Shown here piece after piece: positions 28,083 through 37,922 of a stretch of DNA of 48,131 bases (the first letter of the stretch is position 1; each line of letters begins with the position of its first letter). The DNA lies in contig CAJABS010000116.1 of assembly GCA_903938075.1 (NCBI GenBank), positions 1 through 48,131 of the forward strand, written 5' to 3'. A program made the position numbers and the translations under genes. A model generated the notes under the pieces. It saw only the letters and a list, made by a program, of their open reading frames with translations, was not told where the DNA came from and did no database searches. Source of the DNA: an uncultured Chloroflexota bacterium (GTDB lineage: Bacteria > Chloroflexota > Limnocylindria > Limnocylindrales > Limnocylindraceae).

Positions 28083-29615
28083 TTACGGGCGAACGAGATT
28101 TCCGGTCGGCCCGGTGGCGTGCGAGGCGAATGGGGCAGGGTAGTCGCCGCGAATCAGATCCTGGGTGACCTGCGAGGTCATGAGCGCCCCTGGCATCCCC
28201 GCGCCTGGGTGCGTGCCGCCGCCAACGTAGTAGAGGCCGGCGATGGCACGGTCGCGGTTCGGCTGGCGGAAGTAGGCCGACTGCTGCAGCGACGGCTCGA
28301 CGGCGAAGGCGTTGCCGTCTGGGGCAAGGAGCTCGTCGCGGAAGGTAAGCGGCGTCCACGAGCGCTCCACCACGATCGAATCGCGCAGGCCCGGAAGCCC
28401 CCAGTTCTCCAGCCACTCCAGGGTGCGATCACGCATGCGCGGCTCCGCCTCGGTCCAGTCGTCGCCGGAGGCCAGGTTCGGCACGGGGAGCAGGATCGCA
28501 ATCGAATCGCCGCCTGGCGGCGCCATCTCGGGCTCCGTGCGCGACGGCGCATGGATGTAGACGGCGTTGCTGCGTGGCATGCGACGCTCGCGGGTGACGT
28601 CCTTGATGAAGCCGTGATAGTCATCGCCTACCACGAGGGTGTGGTGCAAACGCTTCTCGAACTTCTTGTTGGTGCCCAAATACATCATGTGGGCCGACAT
28701 GGTGGTGCGCAGTGGACGGAAGCGCCATGGGAAGGCATCAGGAGCGTCGGGGAGGAGCGCGTTGCGCGCCGTGACATCGCCGTTGTAGATCACAAGATCG
28801 GCGTTGTGTACGACACCATCAGAGGTGCGTACGCCGGTGGCGCGCCCGTTGCGGTGCAAGATCTGGTCAACCTTGCTGTTGGTTTGAATCGTGCCGCCCA
28901 TCTTGGCGATGATCTTTCCGAACGACTGAATGATGCTGTACACGCCGCCTTCCGTGTACCAGATCCCGTCGGCAATCTGCAGATAGGCGAGCGCCGAATA
29001 GATGGCCGGCACGCGCGATGGATCGCCACCGATGAAGAGTGAGTGGAAGCCGAACGCCTGCTGCACATGCGGCTCCTTGAAGAACTTGCCGACCCATCCC
29101 TCAAGGAAGCGGATCGCATCAAGTCGCGCCATGGTTGGGAGGAGCTTCACGAAGTCCTTCAGGTTCAAGAAGTTCTGGCGACCAGAGACGAGGATCCCTT
29201 CACGGTGGATCGCACCCGATGCGGCCAAGAACGCCTCGAGCTGATTGGCGTCGTCGTTCGAGAACTTGCGCATCTCGGCGAGCAGCTGCTCGCGGTCGCT
29301 GCCAAAGTCGAAGTGGCGATCTTCGCCCGTCCAGAAGATGCGATAACCCGGCTGGAGCTGGCGCAGGGTGACGTGATCCGACATCTTCTCGCCCGCTGCC
29401 GCGTAGACCTCTTCAAAGAGCCAAGGCATGGTGATAAGCGACGGGCCAGTGTCGAAGGTGTAGCCGCCCTCTTGGATGCGCGAGGCGCGGCCGCCAATCT
29501 CAGGGCGGGCCTCCAGGATGGTGACCTTCCAGCCATCGGAGAGGAGGCGGATGGCCGTGGAGAGGCCGCCGAAGCCGCTCCCCACGATGATCGCCGTTCG
29601 ACCCCCCTGCGCCAT
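28083..29615 (-). CDS. crtI: Phytoene desaturase family FAD oxidoreductase
   Basis: ATG at complement 29613-29615 follows GAGGGGGG and gives MAQGGRTAIIVGSGFGGLSTAIRL (FAD fold). C-terminal signature LYYVGGGTHPGAGMPGALMTSQ. The upstream 117 codons of the track ORF are rejected. Confidence 0.85.
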   Translation of the reverse strand: MAQGGRTAIIVGSGFGGLSTAIRLLSDGWKVTILEARPEIGGRASRIQEGGYTFDTGPSLITMPWLFEEVYAAAGEKMSDHVTLRQLQPGYRIFWTGEDRHFDFGSDREQLLAEMRKFSNDDANQLEAFLAASGAIHREGILVSGRQNFLNLKDFVKLLPTMARLDAIRFLEGWVGKFFKEPHVQQAFGFHSLFIGGDPSRVPAIYSALAYLQIADGIWYTEGGVYSIIQSFGKIIAKMGGTIQTNSKVDQILHRNGRATGVRTSDGVVHNADLVIYNGDVTARNALLPDAPDAFPWRFRPLRTTMSAHMMYLGTNKKFEKRLHHTLVVGDDYHGFIKDVTRERRMPRSNAVYIHAPSRTEPEMAPPGGDSIAILLPVPNLASGDDWTEAEPRMRDRTLEWLENWGLPGLRDSIVVERSWTPLTFRDELLAPDGNAFAVEPSLQQSAYFRQPNRDRAIAGLYYVGGGTHPGAGMPGALMTSQVTQDLIRGDYPAPFASHATGPTGNLVRP

Positions 29616-29638
29616 GGACCCCCCTCGCTGCTCGCCGC

Positions 29639-29653
29639 GGGGGCAGTGCCCCC
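29639..29653. promoter_or_regulatory. Perfect 7-1-7 palindrome GGGGGCAgTGCCCCC in the crtI/iclR divergent intergenic region. Candidate operator.
   Basis: Read directly from the sequence. It lies 24 bp upstream of the crtI start and 115 bp upstream of the iclR start. Confidence 0.3.
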
Positions 29654-29768
29654 TGTGAGCACCATCGTAGGGGTGCCGCGCGCGGCGCGCTGAGCACGAA
29701 TCGGGGCTCCCATTGACGAGAGCGCCCTGCGGGCGGATCATCCGCCCCCAAGGGAGGAGCACCATCCG

Positions 29769-30709
29769 ATGAGTAGTGAACAGGCACGCGGTCGCGCCGC
29801 CCAGAGCCCCGAAGAGAGCCTTGACCATGCCAGTGTCGCTGGAGCGCATGGGGCTGATGACGCCGCCGTACGATCCGTCGATCGCGCCGCTGCGCTCTTG
29901 GTCTGCCTCTCTGAAGCCGATGGCTCCGCCTCGGTCACCGACCTCTCCCACTCCCTCGACCTTCACAAGTCAACGGTGAGCCGACTCCTCTCCACCCTCG
30001 AGCGCCGCGGCCTCGTCGAGCAGGATCGCGAGACCGGTCACTTCCGCCTCGGCGTCGGCATCATTCGACTCGCGCAATCCGCCGAGCGCACCCTCGACCT
30101 GCGCGCGATCGCCCTCCCCGAGATGGAGGCGCTTGCAAAGGCAACCCACGAGACGGTCAGCCTTGAAGTATTTGATGGTGTCGCCGCCGCGGTAGCCATC
30201 TGCCAGATCGACGGGCCGAACCTCACGCCAATGCCCGACATCACAGGTCGCCCTGTTGCCATGCACGCCATCGCCTCAGGGAAGGTGCTCCTCGCCTCGC
30301 TCCCAGAGCGCACCGTTCTCTCCATTGCACGACGCGGTCTGGTTCGCTATACGCCACGCACCATCACCGATCCGCGAGCGCTCCTCGAAGAGCTCGCTAC
30401 GATTCGCCGCCGTGGCTACGCCGTAGCGATCGGCGAGTGGGACGATCGCATCACCGCAGCCGCTGTGCCGATCTGTGATGCGCGCGGCACCGTCATCGCG
30501 ACCGTTGTCGTGTGGGGCGCCGCTACCCGAGTCACTCCTGGCACTCTTCCTGCACTGGTGACTGCGGCGCGAGACGCCGCCCAGCAGATCAGCACGAAGT
30601 TGGGTTGGAGTGGCAACCAGCGCCGCGCCGGCATCGTGCCGCACCTCAAGGACGACGATGTGGAGGAGCAAGAACACGAGGTAGCCGACGACGAAGAGGC
30701 CGCTGGATA

Positions 30710-30710
<1 letters not shown>
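29769..30710 (+). CDS. IclR-family transcriptional regulator with an acidic C-terminal tail
   Basis: 313 aa. Winged-HTH VTDLSHSLDLHKSTVSRLLSTLERRGLVEQD..FRLG, and an IclR effector-domain-like remainder. The stop overlaps the acs GTG. Confidence 0.85.
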
Positions 30711-32680
<1,970 letters not shown>

Positions 32681-32689
32681 GTCGGACTT

Positions 32690-33065
32690 TTCCACACTCA
32701 TGGCCGAAACCACCGGATCGGTGGACAAATCTCTCTCCGTAACCCGATAAGTCGTTGATAAGTGCCTTCTGTAGAAAGGCTCCGACCGCGATGCTACTCG
32801 TAGCCCGAAGGGGCCAGCGGTGAACCCGCCGACCGAGCAATCGGCCAGGCGGCACGAACTGTGGCGATGACGGGATCGAACCGACAGGCAACTGACGGTG
32901 CTGGTGAATGACCACCAAAGCGCGGGGCAACTCGCAGCGGCGGAGCGGAGGGTCACCTGGGAGCTTCGGCTTTACGGCTGGAGCGACTCGATCCGATCTC
33001 ACAGCGGAGGGGAACCGGCGTGAAAGCGTCGCCCCCAACATCGGATGGCCTCTCGGGCGAACTCT
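32690..33065 (+). ncRNA. Candidate structured non-coding RNA of unknown class (strand tentative)
   Basis: 390-nt gap between convergent acs and LCP genes with no credible ORF. There are at least 9 local hairpins: 32710-32724, 32764-32780, 32803-32814, 32828-32845, 32885-32894 (GCAA loop), 32902-32917, 32961-32972 (UUCG loop) and 33017-33030 (GAAA loop). The stable tetraloop sequences appear only when read on the plus strand. Confidence 0.4.
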
Positions 33066-33070
33066 TCCCC

Positions 33071-34594
33071 CTACGGACTAGCGCTCTCTGGCGCGCCGCT
33101 CTCTGGAGCGCTCGGCGACGCGTCAGGACTGATCGATGGCGAATCCGTTGGGCTTGGTGAAGGCGTTGCCACCACAGGGAACGCGCTCGCAATCACGTTG
33201 CGAATCTTGGCGATCGTTGCTGGGGTGAGGTAGGCCGGATAGGCGCTTGGGGCGAAGCGGTAGAGGCGCACTGGCGCCGTTGCTGCACGCGAGAAGAGAT
33301 CCACCAGATTCGGCAGGGAGCTGCGCGGCAGGTCCGTCCACACGTACCCCTTCGCCGCGGCTGCGAGTGCCGGCGCATTCAAGATCGTTGCCGCGCCAAG
33401 TTGGTCACGAATCGCGAGCAAGAGTGCCTGCTGTCGTCGCATGCGGCCGTAGTCGGAATCTTGGTGGCGGCTCCGCGCATAGGCCAGTGCGAGCCGCCCA
33501 TCGAAGTGTTGCAGCCCAGAGCCAATACGCAACTGGATCGAGCCGAGCACTGGGTCCGGATAGTTCTTGTCGTAGATCGGCTCCGTGACGTTCATGTCGA
33601 TACCGCCCATTGCATCCACCACCTTGATGACGCCCCAAAGATCGGCAACGAGCACGGCATCAATCGGCCGCTGTGTGAGTTCCGAGATAGTGGCGCGTAC
33701 CGCGGCGATCCCCGAGACGCTCCCCTCGCCAGGCCAGAGCTGCGGATAGTAGAAGGTGGCGTCGGTATAGAGCTCGTTCAAGAGTTTCTTGAAGCAGCCA
33801 CATGGGCTCGCGTTTCGGGCGGCACCAGGGGGGAGCGGCACGTTCACCATATTGCGTGGGAAGCCGAACATCGCCACGCGCCCAGTGGCGACATCAACCT
33901 CAACGAGCAGCATCACATCCATGCGTCGACTCCATCGATCAGCGCCCGCGTCGGAGCCGAGCAAGAGCAGATCAAACTTTCCGTCATCACCCCACGGGAT
34001 TGCGCCGGGCCGTGCCCACGGCGTGGTGACGGTGAGCGAGGGGAGGGTCCCAGTACCGCCACCGCGGGGCGGCACGGTTCCAGGACTGGCGGCGATCGAG
34101 CTGCCAGGAGATGGTGAGATATCTGGAGAGCCTGGGTCGGAGGCACTCGGCTGCGCGCTTGGCGAAACTTCGGCGAACGTTTCATTCAGGAGTTCGTCAA
34201 AGGCGATCAGCGAGCGACCAACGGCAACGTGCGGCGCCACGATGAGGAGGAGTGCCGCGATCACCACCACAGCGCGGTCACGTGTTGGCAGCCGCGACCC
34301 ACGCACGACGTGTGCTGTTGCGCCAAGACGCCATCCGCCGATGACGAGGTTCAACAGCCCAAGTGCAAGGAGCGCTCCCGGAGTGACCAAAATGATGAGG
34401 AGCTGTGTTGTGCCGCCGACCAGCGCTACGAGGAGTGCTGCAGCGAGGAGGGAGAGGAGCGGCGCAGCGAAGAGCACTGCCTGTCGACGATTGCCACGGA
34501 GCCAGTGCCCCGCACCAGTGAGCAGCGTGGTCAGTAGAGCGGCACGCACGGGTGAGATTGCGGTGCGGGTCCGATTGGGGCTGGCAGGCTTCAC
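33071..34594 (-). CDS. LCP (LytR-CpsA-Psr) family protein with multiple N-terminal TM segments and a Ser/Pro-rich tail
   Basis: Motifs FDLLLLGSDAGADRWSRRMDVMLLVEVDVATGRVAMFGFPRNMVNVPL. I prefer the GTG at complement 34592-34594, which follows GGGAGGATGAGGGG. The track ATG at 34699 would overlap thyX by 58 nt. Confidence 0.75.
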   Translation of the reverse strand: MKPASPNRTRTAISPVRAALLTTLLTGAGHWLRGNRRQAVLFAAPLLSLLAAALLVALVGGTTQLLIILVTPGALLALGLLNLVIGGWRLGATAHVVRGSRLPTRDRAVVVIAALLLIVAPHVAVGRSLIAFDELLNETFAEVSPSAQPSASDPGSPDISPSPGSSIAASPGTVPPRGGGTGTLPSLTVTTPWARPGAIPWGDDGKFDLLLLGSDAGADRWSRRMDVMLLVEVDVATGRVAMFGFPRNMVNVPLPPGAARNASPCGCFKKLLNELYTDATFYYPQLWPGEGSVSGIAAVRATISELTQRPIDAVLVADLWGVIKVVDAMGGIDMNVTEPIYDKNYPDPVLGSIQLRIGSGLQHFDGRLALAYARSRHQDSDYGRMRRQQALLLAIRDQLGAATILNAPALAAAAKGYVWTDLPRSSLPNLVDLFSRAATAPVRLYRFAPSAYPAYLTPATIAKIRNVIASAFPVVATPSPSPTDSPSISPDASPSAPESGAPESASP

Positions 34595-34641
34595 CCCCTC
34601 ATCCTCCCTGATCTCGGGGAATTGTGGGGAGCCCTCAGTTG

Positions 34642-35484
34642 TTATGCGAGAGGTAGTGCACGCCCTTTTGCCTTCGCTTCGGCAGCCTTGGCCGCCCATG
34701 CGCCGAGAACCTCATCTTTGTGCGGGCGGATTGGGCAGTGGCCATCCTTATTGCCCGCCTCGTCGCAGTAGCCGAGCGGCACGCACTTGGGTGCCAAGAA
34801 GCTGCCGAGGAACGGGCTCACCGCAAACACCTCGTGGCGGATCAGCTGGAAGAGGCGGCGGATCTCCCACTGCGCCATGGTGCAGAGGCGCAGGCCTGAC
34901 ATATGGATGAGTGCACGCAGGTTGACCGTCATGATCAGGTTGGTGCGCGTTGCGTTCGGGAAGACGAAGCGTGCATCTTCGGCGGGGATGCCTGCTGATA
35001 CGAGGTCGCCGTAGAGGCCGAGCGCACCCTGGGTCGCCTCTTCAAATCGCGCACGCACGGTTTCATCGGCTTCGGCAACAGAGCCAGGGAGCATCGTGGC
35101 CGCCTTCTTGAAGGTGACGTAGCGCTGCGACTGCTGATCAAAGGCGACACCTGCGCGATGGCGCACGAGCTGGTGGCTAAGCGTTCGGGTGACGCCGGTG
35201 ATGGCGAAGGTGAAGACGATGTGCTCAATGGTGCTGCCGTGGCCCGACTCAATGACGCGGCTGACCAGCTCGCGCTGCTTCGCTGGGTCGATCTCGCCCG
35301 CCTCAGCGCGGCGATAGATCTCCTCTGGCGGCAGCTCGGAGTAGCAGGTGCGGCAGGCGGTGTAGATGATCGGCACATAGGAGCGCTCGACGATCTCGCG
35401 ATCGGGGAAGAGCATCGTCGCCTTCATGCCAAGGTCGTGACGACCTGGGTTCTTTGGAATCCCGCTCTTCTGCTTCTCGCTCAT
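34642..35484 (-). CDS. thyX: FAD-dependent thymidylate synthase
   Basis: 280 aa. ThyX signature QLVRHRAGVAFDQQSQRY (RHRxxSxxxxSxR). Confidence 0.92.
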   Translation of the reverse strand: MSEKQKSGIPKNPGRHDLGMKATMLFPDREIVERSYVPIIYTACRTCYSELPPEEIYRRAEAGEIDPAKQRELVSRVIESGHGSTIEHIVFTFAITGVTRTLSHQLVRHRAGVAFDQQSQRYVTFKKAATMLPGSVAEADETVRARFEEATQGALGLYGDLVSAGIPAEDARFVFPNATRTNLIMTVNLRALIHMSGLRLCTMAQWEIRRLFQLIRHEVFAVSPFLGSFLAPKCVPLGYCDEAGNKDGHCPIRPHKDEVLGAWAAKAAEAKAKGRALPLA

Positions 35485-35485
35485 C

Positions 35486-35686
35486 TCAGTAGTAGTCCGA
35501 GCAGGAGAGGAAGTAGCCGCACTCGCAGATCATCTTGCACTTGCGATCAATCATCTGCGCGCCGCAGTTGGCGCAGCAGGTCATCACCAGGCCAGGATCA
35601 ATCTCAGCCAAGGGCGTTGGCGCCACCGACACCGTGGCGTTTTCGTCACTTGTCGGGGCTGGAGCGGGCTGATTCAACATCTGCAA
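35486..35686 (-). CDS. Small Cys-rich protein resembling the C-terminal Cys-rich tail of class II RNR (TSCPD-like module)
   Basis: 64-66 aa (TTG 35686 or ATG 35680). CCANCGAQMIDRKCKMICECGYFLSCSDYY aligns Cys-for-Cys with the NrdJ tail CMECGAIMVRNAACYKCMTCGTTSGCS encoded in the same window. Its stop lies 1 nt before the thyX ATG. Confidence 0.6.
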   Translation of the reverse strand: MQMLNQPAPAPTSDENATVSVAPTPLAEIDPGLVMTCCANCGAQMIDRKCKMICECGYFLSCSDYY

Positions 35687-35690
35687 GATC

Positions 35691-36290
35691 CTACCGCTCC
35701 GCGGAGGAGGGTGCGTTGCGCGATGCCTCCCAGGGAGCCCCTAGGCCGAGCCGCGCCCCCATCAGGAGTTGGGCCTCGGCCAGCACCATGCTCGCGGGGG
35801 TCCCGCTCGGCAGCACGTGCACAACCTCAAGGTCGGCGGGGCCAACCACTAGGCGGCGTCGCACGAAATCCACGAGCTCTACCCAGGCATCGCCAACAAG
35901 CAGGAGTGGCCGCGCGTCACTCACCTGCAGCAGGTTCCAGGCGACGGCGATCTCGGCAAGGGTGCCAATGCCGCCGTCAAGGCCAATCAGCAAATCCGCC
36001 TCCGAGAATAGGCGCAGTCGGTCGAAGAGATCAGCTGAATCAATGCGGCGAGTCACCGCCTCATTCGCGGGGAGGCCATCCCACGAGGTGACGGTGTACC
36101 CAAGCACCTCGCCACCTTTCGACTTCGCCCCGCGCGATGCCGCGCCCATGACCCCCTCGTAGCCGCCGGTGGCGACGGTGTACCCGGCCTCGGCGAGTGC
36201 CGCCCCTAGTTCGAACGCTGCGACCCATCGCGGGTCACTCTCGGGTAGACGCGCCGACCCGTAGACGCCCACGATGAGGCGCTCAGTCAT
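35691..36290 (-). CDS. LOG/TIGR00730-family protein (Rossmann-fold nucleotide-binding, lysine-decarboxylase-like)
   Basis: MTERLIVGVYGSARL, GGYEGVMGAASRGA, GLDGGIGTLAEI. ATG at 36290 overlaps the upstream gene stop by 8 nt. Confidence 0.75.
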   Translation of the reverse strand: MTERLIVGVYGSARLPESDPRWVAAFELGAALAEAGYTVATGGYEGVMGAASRGAKSKGGEVLGYTVTSWDGLPANEAVTRRIDSADLFDRLRLFSEADLLIGLDGGIGTLAEIAVAWNLLQVSDARPLLLVGDAWVELVDFVRRRLVVGPADLEVVHVLPSGTPASMVLAEAQLLMGARLGLGAPWEASRNAPSSAER

Positions 36291-37821
36291 TACAGCGCGT
36301 GCCTTCAGGTGGGAGCGTGCCACTCACCAAGAAGTTGATGGCGGCATCGTCAATGCAGGCGCTCTTCCCGCCAACGCCGGTGTGCCCCTCGCCAACGAAC
36401 GTCAGCAGGTGGCCACTCTCGAGAAGGTCTGCCATGCGCTCGGACCAGGCATACGGGGTTGCGGGATCGCCGGTCGTGCCCACCACCAAGATCGGCGCAG
36501 CGCCCGCCCCATTCACGACGGTTGGTAGTGGGTCGGCGCTCTTGTAGGGCCACACGCCGCAGAGCAGCCCGCCAGAGGCCTGGCCGGCGGCAAAGTCCGG
36601 CGCCTTGCTGACGAACTTCTCGTAGATCGCCTTGTAGCGCGCAATCGACGGCGTTGTTGGCGAGTCGATACAGCTGATCGCAGGGAAGGCTTCCATGATG
36701 TTTGACTTGTAGGTGCCATCTTCCGCTCGATCGAGATACGCATCGGCGAGGAGGCTCAACAGGTATCCGTCTCCCTCGCTCGCACCTGCGAGCCCCTGCA
36801 CGGCGTAGTCCCAGTAGTCGCGGTTGTAGAGCGTCATCACCACGCCGGTCCAGGCCATCCCAGAGTTCAGCTTGCGCCCATCTTCAAGTTCGATCGGTTT
36901 GTCATCGAGGCTGTTCATCAGTGTGTCGAAAGCGGCGCGCGATTTGCCCGCGCCGAATGGGCAGGCGGTATCCGCATCGCACCAGGCGAAGAGGCGATTG
37001 AGTGCCCCCTGAATAGAGACGCCCTGCTCGCCGTACTCCGACTCATCGGTCGGTGCCATGTCAACAGCGCCGTCAAGAATGAGGTTGCCAGTTGAAGCGG
37101 GGAAGAGGGTGGCGTAGACGGCGCCGAGGGCGGTGCCGTAACTGAATCCGAGGTAATCAAGCTTCGGCACGCCAAGGCCGACCCGGATGCTCTCCATGTC
37201 GCGCGCCGATGCTGTGGTGCCGATGTAGGCGAGCATCTCGCCGGTGCCCGCCTTGCACTTGTCGGCGAACCACTGCGCGTCGTTCAGTGCCGCCGTCCAA
37301 TCCGTTGCAGTTGGTCGATCTGGGATGCCAGGGGTGACGGCCCAATCGTCCATCTCTGAGTCGCTGAGGCACTCGACGGGTGCGCTGCGATTGACGCCGC
37401 GCGGATCCCACGACACAAGGTCGAAGCGATTACCGATCTCAGCCGGCACAACGCCACGTCCCGATTCAGCAAGGATGTTGATACCAGAAGAGCCAGGGCC
37501 ACCGAAGTTCAGGAGGAGTGGACCAACCTTGTTTGCCTGATCGGCGGCGGGGAGGAGGGCGACGGCAAGTTCAATCGTCGGCCCATCAGGGGTCAGGTAG
37601 TCGCGCGGCACGGTGATGGTGGCGCAGAGGAGCTCTGTGTTGCCGCCAGTAACGGGATCGGTGACGGGGCAGCTCTGCCAGTCGATGGTGCCGCTCGGAA
37701 CGAAGCTGGCGGTCGGGCTCGGTGAGCTGCTGACGAGGCCCTCACACGCACTGGTTGCAATGGCGACGATGAGGAGCGCGACGATCGCGAGACGGGTGCG
37801 GCTCTCTGTGACCGTGCGCAT
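36283..37821 (-). CDS. Secreted alpha/beta-hydrolase lipoprotein, S33 tripeptidyl-aminopeptidase-like
   Basis: ATG at complement 37819-37821 follows AGAGGAGG. Signal plus lipobox LLIVAIATSAC, oxyanion NFGGPGSSG, nucleophile elbow GFSYGT. Confidence 0.75.
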   Translation of the reverse strand: MRTVTESRTRLAIVALLIVAIATSACEGLVSSSPSPTASFVPSGTIDWQSCPVTDPVTGGNTELLCATITVPRDYLTPDGPTIELAVALLPAADQANKVGPLLLNFGGPGSSGINILAESGRGVVPAEIGNRFDLVSWDPRGVNRSAPVECLSDSEMDDWAVTPGIPDRPTATDWTAALNDAQWFADKCKAGTGEMLAYIGTTASARDMESIRVGLGVPKLDYLGFSYGTALGAVYATLFPASTGNLILDGAVDMAPTDESEYGEQGVSIQGALNRLFAWCDADTACPFGAGKSRAAFDTLMNSLDDKPIELEDGRKLNSGMAWTGVVMTLYNRDYWDYAVQGLAGASEGDGYLLSLLADAYLDRAEDGTYKSNIMEAFPAISCIDSPTTPSIARYKAIYEKFVSKAPDFAAGQASGGLLCGVWPYKSADPLPTVVNGAGAAPILVVGTTGDPATPYAWSERMADLLESGHLLTFVGEGHTGVGGKSACIDDAAINFLVSGTLPPEGTRCND

Positions 37822-37866
37822 TGGTGGCCTCCTCTTTGTTTCGCCTCTTTGCTCAGTTGTAGCAGA

Positions 37867-37897
37867 ACGCCCCAGCCGCCAAAGGCGACCGGGGCGT
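37867..37897 (-). terminator. Strong GC hairpin (about 14-bp stem) downstream of nrdJ. Candidate intrinsic terminator or attenuator without a clear U-tract.
   Basis: The minus strand reads ACGCCCCGGTCGCC-TTT-GGCGGCTGGGGCGT, 26 nt after the nrdJ TGA and 46 nt before the peptidase ATG. Confidence 0.45.
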
Positions 37898-37922
37898 GAC
37901 CTGCACAAGGTTCCGCGTTAGA

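Noticed and set aside
27248-29042. Plus-strand ORFs of 306 and 363 aa
   Set aside because: They are antisense to crtB and crtI. They have no motifs and an Arg/Ala-rich shadow composition.
29616-29966. 117-codon N-terminal extension of the crtI ORF (track start 29966)
   Set aside because: The FAD-binding GSGFGG fold begins right after the internal ATG at 29615, which has a strong GAGGGGGG SD. The extension has no protein-like character and would cover the divergent promoter region.
32681-32772. RNase P-like motifs on the minus strand (GGAAAAGTCCGAC at 32681-32693; ACAGAAGGCACTTATC at 32757-32772)
   Set aside because: They occur in the wrong 5'-3' order for CR-I and CR-V. The two cannot form a P4 helix with each other. 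A molecule starting at the CR-I-like motif would run antisense into the acs coding region.
32862-32886. tRNA/tmRNA-like T-arm plus acceptor 3' strand on the minus strand (GTCGGTTCGATCCCGTCATCGCCA)
   Set aside because: I could not build a D-arm, anticodon arm or matching 5' acceptor strand. The nearest partial 5' partner (GGCGACG, at about 33030) is only about 170 nt away with a mismatch, which is too short for tmRNA, and no tag ORF was found. It could still be a tRNA-fragment relic, which a tRNAscan/ARAGORN run would settle.
32809-32900. Cobalamin-riboswitch-like fragment (GGGGCCAGCGGTGAACCCGCC ... ACTGT)
   Set aside because: No B12 box was found, and no downstream plus-strand gene exists to regulate. 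The resemblance is limited to short GC-rich strings.
35158-36162. 334-aa plus-strand ORF
   Set aside because: It is antisense to thyX, the small Cys-rich gene and the LOG gene. Its Ser/Arg-rich low-complexity translation does not look like a real protein.
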